Shown here piece after piece: positions 29,469 to 38,539 of a stretch of DNA of 64,000 nt. Origin of the DNA: a virus (Duplodnaviria > Caudoviricetes); the IMG/VR virus record IMGVR_UViG_3300032030_000056, positions 1 to 64,000 of that record. The stretch is one strand, 5' to 3'. The notes beneath the pieces were generated by a model. That model saw only the letters and a list, made by a program, of their open reading frames with translations. It made no database searches and was not told where the DNA came from. A program made the translations under genes and the position numbers. The stretch's first letter is position 1; every line of letters begins with the position of its first letter.

Positions 29469-31184
29469 ATGGCAACACAAGAAACTATAAAACAAATAGT
29501 ACAAGGTGGAGTACCGAGGGATATCGAGGATGTTACTGCGAGGACATTAGTCCAGTCTTTGCAAAATGCTCTTGATACCCTTACTAATGGCGATACAACA
29601 TCGGCTATTGAATCTTTTAACGAAATCATTTCATTCCTTGAAAATGTAGAGGATAGTAGTACCCTTAGTGGTATTATCGCTGGCATACAAACAAGCATTA
29701 GTGGGAAAGTTGATAAGGTCAATGGCAAGGGTCTTTCGACCAATGACTTCACCGATGCGCTATTGATGAAGCTCAACGGCATCGCAACGGGCGCAACCGC
29801 CAATGTCGGAACTGTCACTGCGGTAAAGATTAATGGCACTGAACCTATTGAACCCACAAATGGAGTTGTTGACCTTGGTACTGTTGCTGCTGGTGACAAG
29901 GGTGACAAGGGTGACAAGGGCGACAAGGGTGACAAAGGTGACAAGGGTGACAAGGGTGACAAAGGTGATAAAGGAGACCAAGGCAATAGCGGTGTCGGCA
30001 ACGCTGACAACTTTGTGAGCGTGAATAACCTCAATGGTGGCACTACTGATGATGCGAATACGGTATATGTCCTTGGAGCGAACATGGGCAAGAAGCTGGC
30101 TGACGAAGCCATTGTCAACAAAGGCAGTTTCGCATCTGCCTACGACAAGGCTTTGGCGAACAATGTCATCTTTCCATGGATGCTTGTTGACACCGACACT
30201 CAAGGGAACAGCATTACCAAGATGATTTGGCATTCTGGCGACAAGGTGTTCATTGACGCTATCGGCTCGATTGTTGACGGGCAGAAGAACGGTCTTACCA
30301 TCAAGTGTCTTTCTCCATGCACATTGAGGCTGTACACAGGAAGCAGTAGCTATGACTCATATCCTTTGGTCGCAGGTGAGAACAATTTCTCGTTCACCGC
30401 TTTAGGGGGTAGCACGTTTGGTAAGATTATGTTCTACGATACCACTGACACTGACACTAACACAAACTCAGTGGTTGAGATTGACTTTGGCGGCATGACA
30501 CTTAACCCGTCTGCAGCATTATACTCAACCCTTTACGGACTAACGGAGTTGAAGGTTGTCAAGCGTCTTGTCGTAGATACGGAAAATGCAACAGGCTTTG
30601 TTGCGAATGGTCTATTTTCTGACTGCAACAAACTTGAGTCGCTTGATATTTCAGGATTGATTACTACAACCAGCACCGCAACGAGTTCGGTGGCAAATAT
30701 TCTAAAATCAATCACACATAATAGTATTGTCAACTTAGACTTGAGTAAGTTGTCCATTGATGTGCCATGTTTAATGAGCTTCTTGAGCTCGGGAAATTCT
30801 TCATCAATAACTGAGGTTATCGACATAAGGGGTGTTGACCTTACGCACACCACTTATATGTACCGATTTATGGGGGGTCAATCGAGCTTGAAAACGCTCA
30901 TTGTCGGCAACTTCACGAACAGCGCATTGTCAAGTTCAAGCACTTCTGGCAAAATGACTGAAATTTTCCATAATGTTTTGTCATTGGAGACTTTGGTATG
31001 CACCAAGCAGACACCGCCAACGCTTGTAAGTGGCGATTGTGATTTTATCGCTTTGTTGAAAGCAAAGAGTTCGGTATTCGACACTATTCTTGTACCGCCA
31101 AATTGTTTGTATGCATACCAGCAGGCATCGGGCTGGTCAACCTATTCAAGCATGATGTCGGAATATAATGAGGGGGATTATTAA
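29469..31184 (+). CDS. Tail fibre with collagen-like stalk and leucine-rich-repeat (BspA-like) C-terminus
   Basis: KVDKVNGKGLSTNDFT, (GDK)9, LFSDCNKLESLDIS, TILVPPNCLYAYQQASGW. Confidence 0.75.
   Translation: MATQETIKQIVQGGVPRDIEDVTARTLVQSLQNALDTLTNGDTTSAIESFNEIISFLENVEDSSTLSGIIAGIQTSISGKVDKVNGKGLSTNDFTDALLMKLNGIATGATANVGTVTAVKINGTEPIEPTNGVVDLGTVAAGDKGDKGDKGDKGDKGDKGDKGDKGDKGDQGNSGVGNADNFVSVNNLNGGTTDDANTVYVLGANMGKKLADEAIVNKGSFASAYDKALANNVIFPWMLVDTDTQGNSITKMIWHSGDKVFIDAIGSIVDGQKNGLTIKCLSPCTLRLYTGSSSYDSYPLVAGENNFSFTALGGSTFGKIMFYDTTDTDTNTNSVVEIDFGGMTLNPSAALYSTLYGLTELKVVKRLVVDTENATGFVANGLFSDCNKLESLDISGLITTTSTATSSVANILKSITHNSIVNLDLSKLSIDVPCLMSFLSSGNSSSITEVIDIRGVDLTHTTYMYRFMGGQSSLKTLIVGNFTNSALSSSSTSGKMTEIFHNVLSLETLVCTKQTPPTLVSGDCDFIALLKAKSSVFDTILVPPNCLYAYQQASGWSTYSSMMSEYNEGDY
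29892..29981 (+). repeat. 9-bp coding repeat GGTGACAAG-like x10, encoding (GDK)9-GDQ
   Basis: Counted directly. Confidence 0.95.
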
Positions 31185-31185
31185 T

Positions 31186-33687
31186 ATGGTCAGCAAGCAA
31201 GGTCTTTATGTGTCGATGGTTGACGGTGAGGCCGTGATGACGTATGACGGCAAGCCAGTGGATAAGGTACTTTCTAACACAAGATACCCTCTTGGATTGT
31301 ACGTTAACGGGGGCAAACTTATCCTCAACACATCCGTAATCGCCGAATCGCCATCTCCCGCAGAACTGTTGGCTTACAGTGACCTTTATTTCGATGAGGT
31401 CAACTTGTCGGAAAACGGGCAATGCGTGAACATCACATTAGAGAATTATAACAAGCTGCTCAATGGGCAGTTTGTTGACGGATATAAGCGGTTTTCACCG
31501 TCAACCATCTACAACATCGTGTCTAATGTGAATTCTGCCGAGACGGTAAACTACACCATTTCTAATGGTAAGGTCATTTTCAGCGGTGATGCTTTTGATA
31601 TGTCTGACAATATGTTGTACAACAACGTGTCTAATGAACTCATCGAGAACACGGTTAACGGCACTGCCAACATATCCAACTCTGCGTGCCCCGTTGTGAA
31701 TGTCAAGTATTTTAACCCCGTTATCCATGTCGGTGAAAATGTCACGTTGGAGTATTATGTCGATAACCAAACGATGTCATCACTAAACTATGACGAACTC
31801 GATGACACGTTCACCGTGATTGTCGAGACAAGCCTTGGCGCAACCGTCAAGAAAAACACCTATGCTGGTCGTTTCACGATTGAGACACCCGCTTTCAACA
31901 CCGCTGGCGAGTACTGGATTTCCGTCAAGTGCATCGACTCCAACGGGGTCGAGAGTGTCACCAAGTACTATGACGTGCTTGTCAAGGCTGCGGCGCAGGA
32001 CAATTTCTATGTGATGCAATCGTCAGACCTTGCAACATACGGCATCGTTGCAAACCTCGACCAAAAGGATGCATCACTTGCTAACAAGTCTGCGCTGACC
32101 AACTTCTTCGCAGCCGTCAAGAGTGGTGAAATTGATGGTAGTAGTGGCTACAATGGTGTGAAGATGGTCAATGCGATATACTATGTCGATTACCATGCGG
32201 TGAACGGCTACGGAACGCAGACCTATTACAAGTGTGCCGTCACATCCAACAAGATTACAGCCGTTGAGACCATTACGGAGTCTGACGTCATCACGTTGGA
32301 GGCTGTGACCCATCTTGCAAGCAGAGCACCTGCCGTTGGCGATAACTGTGTTACTTCTGACGCATATTACTATTATGTGGTCAACACGTCATACGCTGGC
32401 GACTACATCGAGTTCCCAGATGGGTTCACGGTTGACCTCAATGGCTCGTCAATCCGTGCCTCGCAATGCAATGACCTTGCGAAAGGGTGGATTGTTTATC
32501 TGAACGGCAACCATGACACGCACATCATCAACGGAAAACTTGTGGGTGTGTACAATGGTTTCGATTTCGCCACCACATCACGCAGGGTCGGCTCCGCTTC
32601 ACCTGCCGAGTGGCTGTCGGTTGTAGGTCTTGAGGCTTGCAAGTACTGCTCGCTTGAAAACCTTGACATCAGCAACGCAGTTGGCTATGATGGGCAGATG
32701 TTCGCCAAGAACCACTGGTTTGGCGTTACACCTGAGTTCACGGAGGACAAGCGTGTTGACTTGTCAGACGGCTCGGTCATCACTGCGCAGAACATGATGG
32801 TTACTCAGATGTTCGATTGTAATCCAAGTCATTCTGACGGGTATTTGTGTTTCGGGCGCACAGGTTACATGGGTTACAAGAACATGGGAACCCGCAGGGA
32901 ATACTTCGTGTCGTTCTTCGATGAGAACAAGGACTATATCTCCAGCGTAAAGACCAAGTTCTACTATCTTGTTCCAGTGCCGAGCAGTGCGGCATACGCA
33001 ATAATCAGTTGCTATGGGAAATTGCTGGCAAGCGGCACAAGCAATGATGTCGATTGGAAAAATGAAAGGACATCAGGCTCGTTGTTGATGATGTTCCCCA
33101 CCTTGTCAACTGGTATTGTGTATTCAAACTGCCATTGGCATGACACAAGGACAACTGCCATTTCCCCTATTGCCGCAAGGAGTACCCTCATAGATGGGTG
33201 CAGCTACAAAAATATCGCAAAGGAGAAAGAAAAGATTAACGGAGGCTGGAGTGCTGTGACCGCCCTCATGGGTGACATCGAGGACTCTTGGCAGTTGTGC
33301 CATGACATTGAAGTACGAGACTGCTCTTGTGTCAAGGGCGAAGGAGTTGATGAGTTCGCTGTACATTTCTGCAATGGCTTTACCATGACTGGGTGCAGAG
33401 GAATGGAACTTAGCGACAGGGGCGGCATTGAATACGGGTTTGTTGAGGGCAATGACCTCGTTGGCATGGAGATTCAACGCAACCACAACTGCTATCATCC
33501 AGCCGTTGTGTATTCCGACAACACGATTGACACTTTGCTTGTCCGTTACGGCTATTCAGAGGGTGCTAGTGTCGTGTGGGGAAGTATTGAGGCAGAAAAG
33601 GTTGTAACAATGCTGAATTCAACGATAAAGAATCAATGCTTGTATGAGGATTTGAATCTTAAAAATTCAATAAATGGAGTGACATAA
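31186..33687 (+). CDS. Putative tailspike / depolymerase with Ig-like and beta-helix regions
   Basis: ~833 aa; IEFPDGFTVDLNGSSIR, THIINGKLVG, GIVYSNCHWHD, TLIDGCSYKNI repeats typical of right-handed beta-helices. Confidence 0.55.
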   Translation: MVSKQGLYVSMVDGEAVMTYDGKPVDKVLSNTRYPLGLYVNGGKLILNTSVIAESPSPAELLAYSDLYFDEVNLSENGQCVNITLENYNKLLNGQFVDGYKRFSPSTIYNIVSNVNSAETVNYTISNGKVIFSGDAFDMSDNMLYNNVSNELIENTVNGTANISNSACPVVNVKYFNPVIHVGENVTLEYYVDNQTMSSLNYDELDDTFTVIVETSLGATVKKNTYAGRFTIETPAFNTAGEYWISVKCIDSNGVESVTKYYDVLVKAAAQDNFYVMQSSDLATYGIVANLDQKDASLANKSALTNFFAAVKSGEIDGSSGYNGVKMVNAIYYVDYHAVNGYGTQTYYKCAVTSNKITAVETITESDVITLEAVTHLASRAPAVGDNCVTSDAYYYYVVNTSYAGDYIEFPDGFTVDLNGSSIRASQCNDLAKGWIVYLNGNHDTHIINGKLVGVYNGFDFATTSRRVGSASPAEWLSVVGLEACKYCSLENLDISNAVGYDGQMFAKNHWFGVTPEFTEDKRVDLSDGSVITAQNMMVTQMFDCNPSHSDGYLCFGRTGYMGYKNMGTRREYFVSFFDENKDYISSVKTKFYYLVPVPSSAAYAIISCYGKLLASGTSNDVDWKNERTSGSLLMMFPTLSTGIVYSNCHWHDTRTTAISPIAARSTLIDGCSYKNIAKEKEKINGGWSAVTALMGDIEDSWQLCHDIEVRDCSCVKGEGVDEFAVHFCNGFTMTGCRGMELSDRGGIEYGFVEGNDLVGMEIQRNHNCYHPAVVYSDNTIDTLLVRYGYSEGASVVWGSIEAEKVVTMLNSTIKNQCLYEDLNLKNSINGVT

Positions 33688-33718
33688 AATTTCCGTAACG
33701 AGAAAATGATAATATGAT

Positions 33719-34183
33719 ATGATTGATTTGAACGGATTAAAAACAATGGCACTACTTGTTGGTGTCGCTGGAATAGCGGTGGTTATCGCAATAATGCTTG
33801 ACCTTGCCAGTGGGTTGCGCAAAGCAACATTGATGGGTGAGGCAAGAACATCGTATGCCTATGAACGCACCACGACCAAGTTGCTTAATAATTGTTCTGC
33901 AGTTATTATCATGGCGATGATTGATGTGCTTCTTTTCTTTGGTCATTTATGGGAACTTATTGGCATGAGTTTACTTAGCAATGTTCCTGTAGTAACATTT
34001 ATTGTTAGTGCATGGATGTGTTTTGTGCAAGTTGTTTCGATACGAGAGAAAGCCGAGGATAAGGCAGAACGAAAAAGTGCCGATACGTTGAAACAGCTTG
34101 CAGAGGTATTAACAACTGAACAACTGCAAGCCTTGTTAAGTAGGGTACAAGACAAGGACAAAGAAATCGAAGAAAATGACTAG
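33719..34183 (+). CDS. Holin
   Basis: Three hydrophobic segments, LDLASGLRKA motif, charged tail, overlaps the endolysin start. Confidence 0.75.
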   Translation: MIDLNGLKTMALLVGVAGIAVVIAIMLDLASGLRKATLMGEARTSYAYERTTTKLLNNCSAVIIMAMIDVLLFFGHLWELIGMSLLSNVPVVTFIVSAWMCFVQVVSIREKAEDKAERKSADTLKQLAEVLTTEQLQALLSRVQDKDKEIEEND

Positions 34184-34718
34184 GATTGAAAAATACGGAA
34201 CATTTTGCCGCAGTTTTGAGAGTGGTTGGTCAAATCACCCTAATGACAGTGGCGGTGCTACGATGAAAGGTGTCACTTATGCTACTTTTTGCAGGTTTAG
34301 GGCGGCAAAGGGTTTACCAAAGCCGAGTATTCTTGACTTAAAGAATATAAGTGACAAGGAATGGAACAGTATCTTGCGTTGGCACACTTGGGATAAAATC
34401 AAGTGTGACGAATACAAGAGTGAGTGGGTTGCTTATTTACTTGCCGATTGTGTGTGGATGACTGGAATAGGCTATATAAAGCGTGTACAAGCGTTGTATG
34501 GCTTGAAAGCGGATGGTATTGTGGGTAAGGTTACTCTTGGAAAATTGAATAGCCTAGACCAAAAATCGTTGTTTAATGCACTATGGAAACAACGCAAGGT
34601 GTTTCTTGAGGGCATAAGCAAGGGCAAAAATTCTGTTTTCCTTAAAGGGTGGTTGCGAAGGCTCAATTCGGTGCGTTATGGTTCTTTGTTGTGTAATGGC
34701 GGCAAGGAATTGACATAA
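34176..34718 (+). CDS. Endolysin, glycoside hydrolase family 108
   Basis: FESGWSNHPNDSGGATMKGVT; LKADGIVGKVT; C-terminal FLKGWLRRL. Confidence 0.9.
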   Translation: MTRIEKYGTFCRSFESGWSNHPNDSGGATMKGVTYATFCRFRAAKGLPKPSILDLKNISDKEWNSILRWHTWDKIKCDEYKSEWVAYLLADCVWMTGIGYIKRVQALYGLKADGIVGKVTLGKLNSLDQKSLFNALWKQRKVFLEGISKGKNSVFLKGWLRRLNSVRYGSLLCNGGKELT

Positions 34719-34720
34719 TC

Positions 34721-34847
34721 AAAAAAAACATAGTTGACTCGTTTCCCAACGAACCAACCAGTATAGAATAAAAACATAAAATTAAAAATGTGAATCATGA
34801 AAAGATTTCAATTACAAAGATAGTAAGTTTTTTTGATATGGAACAAA
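34721..34847 (-). ncRNA. Putative antisense sRNA unit (promoter plus ~85-nt transcript with terminator)
   Basis: TTTG (34847-34844), 21 nt, TATCTTTG (34822-34815); GNRA-capped hairpin 34758-34733 followed by a U-run. Confidence 0.45.
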
Positions 34848-34960
34848 AAGATAAAGAAAAAAGGGCAATATTGAAAGGCGGAATTTATACCATCTGCCTT
34901 GCTATTGTATTGCTTGCTATTTCAGTGTTATGTGCTTTTATTGACTCTTTATTTAAGTAA
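34838..34960 (+). CDS. 40-aa single-pass membrane peptide (not in the ORF track)
   Basis: MEQKDKEKRAILKGGIYTICLAIVLLAISVLCAFIDSLFK, translated by hand. Confidence 0.6.
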   Translation: MEQKDKEKRAILKGGIYTICLAIVLLAISVLCAFIDSLFK

Positions 34961-34969
34961 GATATTGCT

Positions 34970-35506
34970 ATGGAACTTGACAAAAGAAAAATTTGGTCAG
35001 CAATCATTGGCTTTATTGCTTGCTTGGTAATTATCGGTTGCCTTGCTATAGGCTTCTTTATTGGTAAAAGCATTGGCAGTAGAAATGGTGGCATAGAAAT
35101 CAAGCGTGATACAATCACACGATGGGACACTATACCTCACTATTACCCAAAGCCTGTTGAGGTTGAAAAGGTACGCACCGAATACCAATACTTGCCATTA
35201 GTCAAGAATGTGACTGAAACCATTGTTGACAAGCAAGTGGTCACGTTGCATGATAGTGTATTGGTAGAAGTGCCAATCACATCAAAGCACTATCACGAGG
35301 AAAACGAATACGATGCTTGGGTGTCGGGTTTTAACCCATCATTAGATAGCATACGAACATATAACAAGACCGAGCAAATAATGATAACTAAGATGAAAAA
35401 GCCTAGCCGTTTTTCGGTTGGGTTGCAAGCTGGTTATGGCTATAACTTCAATGCTAAAGCATGGGGTTGGCAAGTCGGTCTTGGAGGAACTTATAGATTC
35501 TTTTGA
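34970..35506 (+). CDS. Spanin-like lysis accessory protein
   Basis: N-terminal TM helix; C-terminal amphipathic beta strands ending GLGGTYRFF; follows the endolysin. Confidence 0.55.
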   Translation: MELDKRKIWSAIIGFIACLVIIGCLAIGFFIGKSIGSRNGGIEIKRDTITRWDTIPHYYPKPVEVEKVRTEYQYLPLVKNVTETIVDKQVVTLHDSVLVEVPITSKHYHEENEYDAWVSGFNPSLDSIRTYNKTEQIMITKMKKPSRFSVGLQAGYGYNFNAKAWGWQVGLGGTYRFF

Positions 35507-35640
35507 ATGTCTTTTTTCTTTTTGCCTATTATTTAGTTTTGGTTTTTATTTGGTTAGTTATTAATGTTTTTAGTAGTCTAGTATGCTTGTAGCGGTGACG
35601 TTGTGAGTATGCTTTAGTAGTAATAATTTTTTCATACGCA

Positions 35641-35676
35641 AGCTGCCTAATCCGTGAGGACGAGGGCAGCTTTTTG
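35641..35676 (+). terminator. Intrinsic terminator ending the lysis operon
   Basis: AGCTGCC...GGCAGCT stem with inner TCC-GTGA-GGA, then a T-run. Confidence 0.75.
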
Positions 35677-35700
35677 TGTTTTTAGATTGTTATAATTACT

Positions 35701-35757
35701 AAGTTATGGACTTAATAAAATCCATAACTTGCTTTGTTTCTTGTGGTTATAACTTTG
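35701..35757 (+). promoter_or_regulatory. Promoter and perfect 10-bp inverted repeat upstream of the six-gene operon
   Basis: AAGTTATGGA-N10-TCCATAACTT (35701-35730); TAACTTTG at 35750-35757. Confidence 0.6.
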
Positions 35758-35823
35758 TGTCGTGACAGTCACAAAGAATGTGTAATTCCTTTTTATTCAT
35801 CACAACAAAGAAACAAAGTTAAT

Positions 35824-36813
35824 ATGGCAGAAATTTATCAATTGCCCGAAAACGGCAACAACAACGGAACTAACATTCCCTTCTCCATTCCCATCGGTTT
35901 TGGCGGATATGGTAATGGATTCGGTAATGGATTTGGAAGTTTCAACAGCATTGCAGATTTGTTCGGTCTTGCTATCATCGCCTCGATGTTTGGTTGGGGT
36001 AATGGCGGCTTTGGTGGTGGCTTTGGTTTTGGCGGCAACAATGGTGCTGCTGGTTTCCTTGCTAACCAAATGAACAACGATAGTGGTCGTGAGTTAATCA
36101 TGAACGCAATCACCAATCAAGGTGAGGCAAGTCGCACCGCTATTCAGACCCTTTCCACGATGCTTGGTCAAGACTTTAACCTTGTGAACGCAGGTATTCA
36201 GAGCGCACAGAACACGCTTAATCAGATTGCCAACGCACAGGGTATGTCAACCTTGCAGATGATTAATGCTGTTCAAGCAGGTGATGCTAACCTTGCAAGC
36301 ACCATTCAAAAGTGCTGCTGTGACAACCAACTCGCCATGTGCCAGCAGACCAACGCTTTACAGAACAGCATCAATGGCGTAAACAACAGCGTCAATGCCA
36401 AGGCTGCGGCAGACCAGTTGGCCATGTGCCAGCAGACCTATGCGCTCACAGACAACATGAACCGCAACTATCTTGCTCTTGATAACAAGATTGATTCGCT
36501 TGAAAGCAACCGCAAAGACCGTGAGATTACCGCACTGACCGCCAAGGTTGCCGAATTGGAATCGCAGAAGTTTACGACTGGTGTTGTTCAGCAGGCCGTC
36601 AGCCCGATTCTTGGTCAGTTGTCGGCATTAAACAACGAGATTGACGACATTAAATGCAAACTCCCTGAGACCGTTAGTGTTCAATACCCCAATTTGCAGG
36701 TTGTAAACGCTACGCCTTACGTTAATGGCGGTTTCTATCCCAACAACGGCTTTAACTACTTTGGAAACGGTTTCTTTGGTGGTAACGGCTTCGGTAATGG
36801 CATCGTATTCTAA
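35824..36813 (+). CDS. Gly/Asn/Phe-rich, Cys-motif coiled-coil protein of unknown function
   Basis: 329 aa from MAEIYQL; NGFG/GGFG termini, hydrophobic helix, QKCCCDNQ, two AMCQQT repeats. Confidence 0.85.
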   Translation: MAEIYQLPENGNNNGTNIPFSIPIGFGGYGNGFGNGFGSFNSIADLFGLAIIASMFGWGNGGFGGGFGFGGNNGAAGFLANQMNNDSGRELIMNAITNQGEASRTAIQTLSTMLGQDFNLVNAGIQSAQNTLNQIANAQGMSTLQMINAVQAGDANLASTIQKCCCDNQLAMCQQTNALQNSINGVNNSVNAKAAADQLAMCQQTYALTDNMNRNYLALDNKIDSLESNRKDREITALTAKVAELESQKFTTGVVQQAVSPILGQLSALNNEIDDIKCKLPETVSVQYPNLQVVNATPYVNGGFYPNNGFNYFGNGFFGGNGFGNGIVF

Positions 36814-36840
36814 TTAAAGCAATTCAAGGAGGATAAGGAA

Positions 36841-37182
36841 ATGGGAAATTGTTTTAATATTACTACTAACGCAGGTGGTATTCCGTATTTGAACGTGACC
36901 AATGTAACCGTTGGCACGGAATCGGTTGACCTTGCGCTTGGTTTTCGCAGAATACAGCCAGTAGGTTATCTTACTATCCGTCTTGCAACCGCAATTCCTG
37001 CCGATGCAACGACCACATTGCCCGTAACGCTTACTCTTAACGGCACTACTCGTAACCTTACATTATTTGATGGTACGCAAGTTACTGTTGCCGATTTGAT
37101 TGGCGGTACTGGTGTGTTCCTTGTTTTCAATGACCGTTTCAACGGGATTTTGCAACTTGTTTCAAGGACGGTAGGGGCTTAA
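36841..37182 (+). CDS. Small beta-sandwich protein of unknown function
   Basis: 113 aa, Thr/Val/Gly-rich beta pattern; AAGGAGG upstream. Confidence 0.8.
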   Translation: MGNCFNITTNAGGIPYLNVTNVTVGTESVDLALGFRRIQPVGYLTIRLATAIPADATTTLPVTLTLNGTTRNLTLFDGTQVTVADLIGGTGVFLVFNDRFNGILQLVSRTVGA

Positions 37183-37221
37183 CACTAAATTTTTACTAAC
37201 AAATTAATTACAAACAACAAT

Positions 37222-37734
37222 ATGGATTTCAATAGTTTAGGAAACGGCAATCCTTTTTATGTATTGCGAAAGGGTGAGAAACCGACTTTAGATGTTGGTG
37301 TAGTAAAGTCAAAATCACAGCCAAGGGCAAAGTTCAATACCCAAAATCCTAATGTGATGATTGGGTTACAGCCTCAGCAAGTTATTGATGTGGTTGCCAC
37401 AATCAACGGCAAGGATGAAACATTTGGTGAGATACCGATTAACATTGAAATCGCTGAACGTGGCAACAACACGTTTAGTGGTAGTCGTGAAGCGATGTTG
37501 CAAGCGGTTGATGCGATGCTACAAACGTCAAAGAAAGCGATTGAGCAAGTAGGTTATCACAAGTCGGTGATTACGGAAAGCGAAAAGATGTTAGAGGTGT
37601 TGAACCCACGATATGCCGAGGAAAAGCGTCAAGCAAGGACTATCAGCGAACTTGAGAAACGTCAAGCGGCAACAGACCAAAAACTAGATAGTATTCTTTC
37701 GATTTTACAAAAGTTGGATTCGCCAGCTAGCTAA
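37222..37734 (+). CDS. Hypothetical protein with C-terminal coiled coil
   Basis: 170-aa ORF with an A-rich leader. Confidence 0.8.
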   Translation: MDFNSLGNGNPFYVLRKGEKPTLDVGVVKSKSQPRAKFNTQNPNVMIGLQPQQVIDVVATINGKDETFGEIPINIEIAERGNNTFSGSREAMLQAVDAMLQTSKKAIEQVGYHKSVITESEKMLEVLNPRYAEEKRQARTISELEKRQAATDQKLDSILSILQKLDSPAS

Positions 37735-37763
37735 CAAATCCATCACAAACAAAGCATTTAATC

Positions 37764-38015
37764 ATGGGATATATTTTTGTAGATAGAGAAAGCGAAAGTG
37801 GCGGTGGCATGGAAAAGATGCGTCAGCAGATGCGCCGTAATATGCGTGGTGGCAACTATCGTGGCGGCAGTGGTAGCGGTAGCGGTAGTGGCAACTATCG
37901 TGATGGCTATCGTCAAGGCTACAAGCATGGTTGGGAAGACCACGAGGATGATTGGATGGAAGACGATGAAATCGAATATCGTCGTCGCAGGGATAGCCGT
38001 GGCCGCTATATGTAA
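37764..38015 (+). CDS. Small disordered RG/GS-rich protein
   Basis: 83 aa: RGGNYRGGSGSGSGSGNYRDGY, an acidic patch, ends RRRRDSRGRYM. Confidence 0.75.
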   Translation: MGYIFVDRESESGGGMEKMRQQMRRNMRGGNYRGGSGSGSGSGNYRDGYRQGYKHGWEDHEDDWMEDDEIEYRRRRDSRGRYM

Positions 38016-38047
38016 TCCAATTCCATTGTAATAAACAAAAACGATAG

Positions 38048-38096
38048 TCAGTCGGTGTGTAGCCAACATAAACGTGTTACACCCGACTGATTTTCA
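38048..38096 (+). terminator. Hairpin / terminator inside the six-gene operon
   Basis: TCAGTCGG..GTGTA / TACACCCGACTGA stem followed by TTTT. Confidence 0.5.
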
Positions 38097-38122
38097 TTAA
38101 ACCAAAAACGACAAGAACGATT

Positions 38123-38533
38123 ATGAATAATTTTTTGAATTACATGATACCAGAGGACATGGAACAGTATCTTTCATACTACGGCATGAACTTCAACAAA
38201 AAGTTGTGTGAATTTGCGGTAGGCTTGATGGAAAGAGAGGATGCAAGCGGTTCGGTTGTTAAGTTATCACCAATGAAACTTGAAGACTTAAAGACGTTGC
38301 TTGCTAACCACAAGATAGATATAGAGCAAAAAGATTGGTACAATGCCTTATATATTGCCAACATGGTCAAGGCAGACTATTGGGGTAGTAGTATCGAGGA
38401 TGATGCACACTTGGCTAAATATGTCGAAGATGTGATTTGTGATGTTGATGCGGCAGACGGTCAAACCTTTGCACGTTTCCTTGCAGACTGTTCGATTAAA
38501 GGGGTGCCTATATACTGGAACTTAATGCTATGA
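38123..38533 (+). CDS. Hypothetical helical protein
   Basis: 136-aa ORF. Confidence 0.8.
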   Translation: MNNFLNYMIPEDMEQYLSYYGMNFNKKLCEFAVGLMEREDASGSVVKLSPMKLEDLKTLLANHKIDIEQKDWYNALYIANMVKADYWGSSIEDDAHLAKYVEDVICDVDAADGQTFARFLADCSIKGVPIYWNLML

Positions 38534-38539
38534 TGTGTT

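Noticed and set aside
16402-33687. Stop-codon reassignment (TAG or TGA), as in some gut phages
   Set aside because: Very long ORFs (2076 and 1823 aa) are intact in code 11 and genes tile without fragmentation. TAG is used as a real stop, twice followed directly by TAA (18178-18183, 25188-25193).
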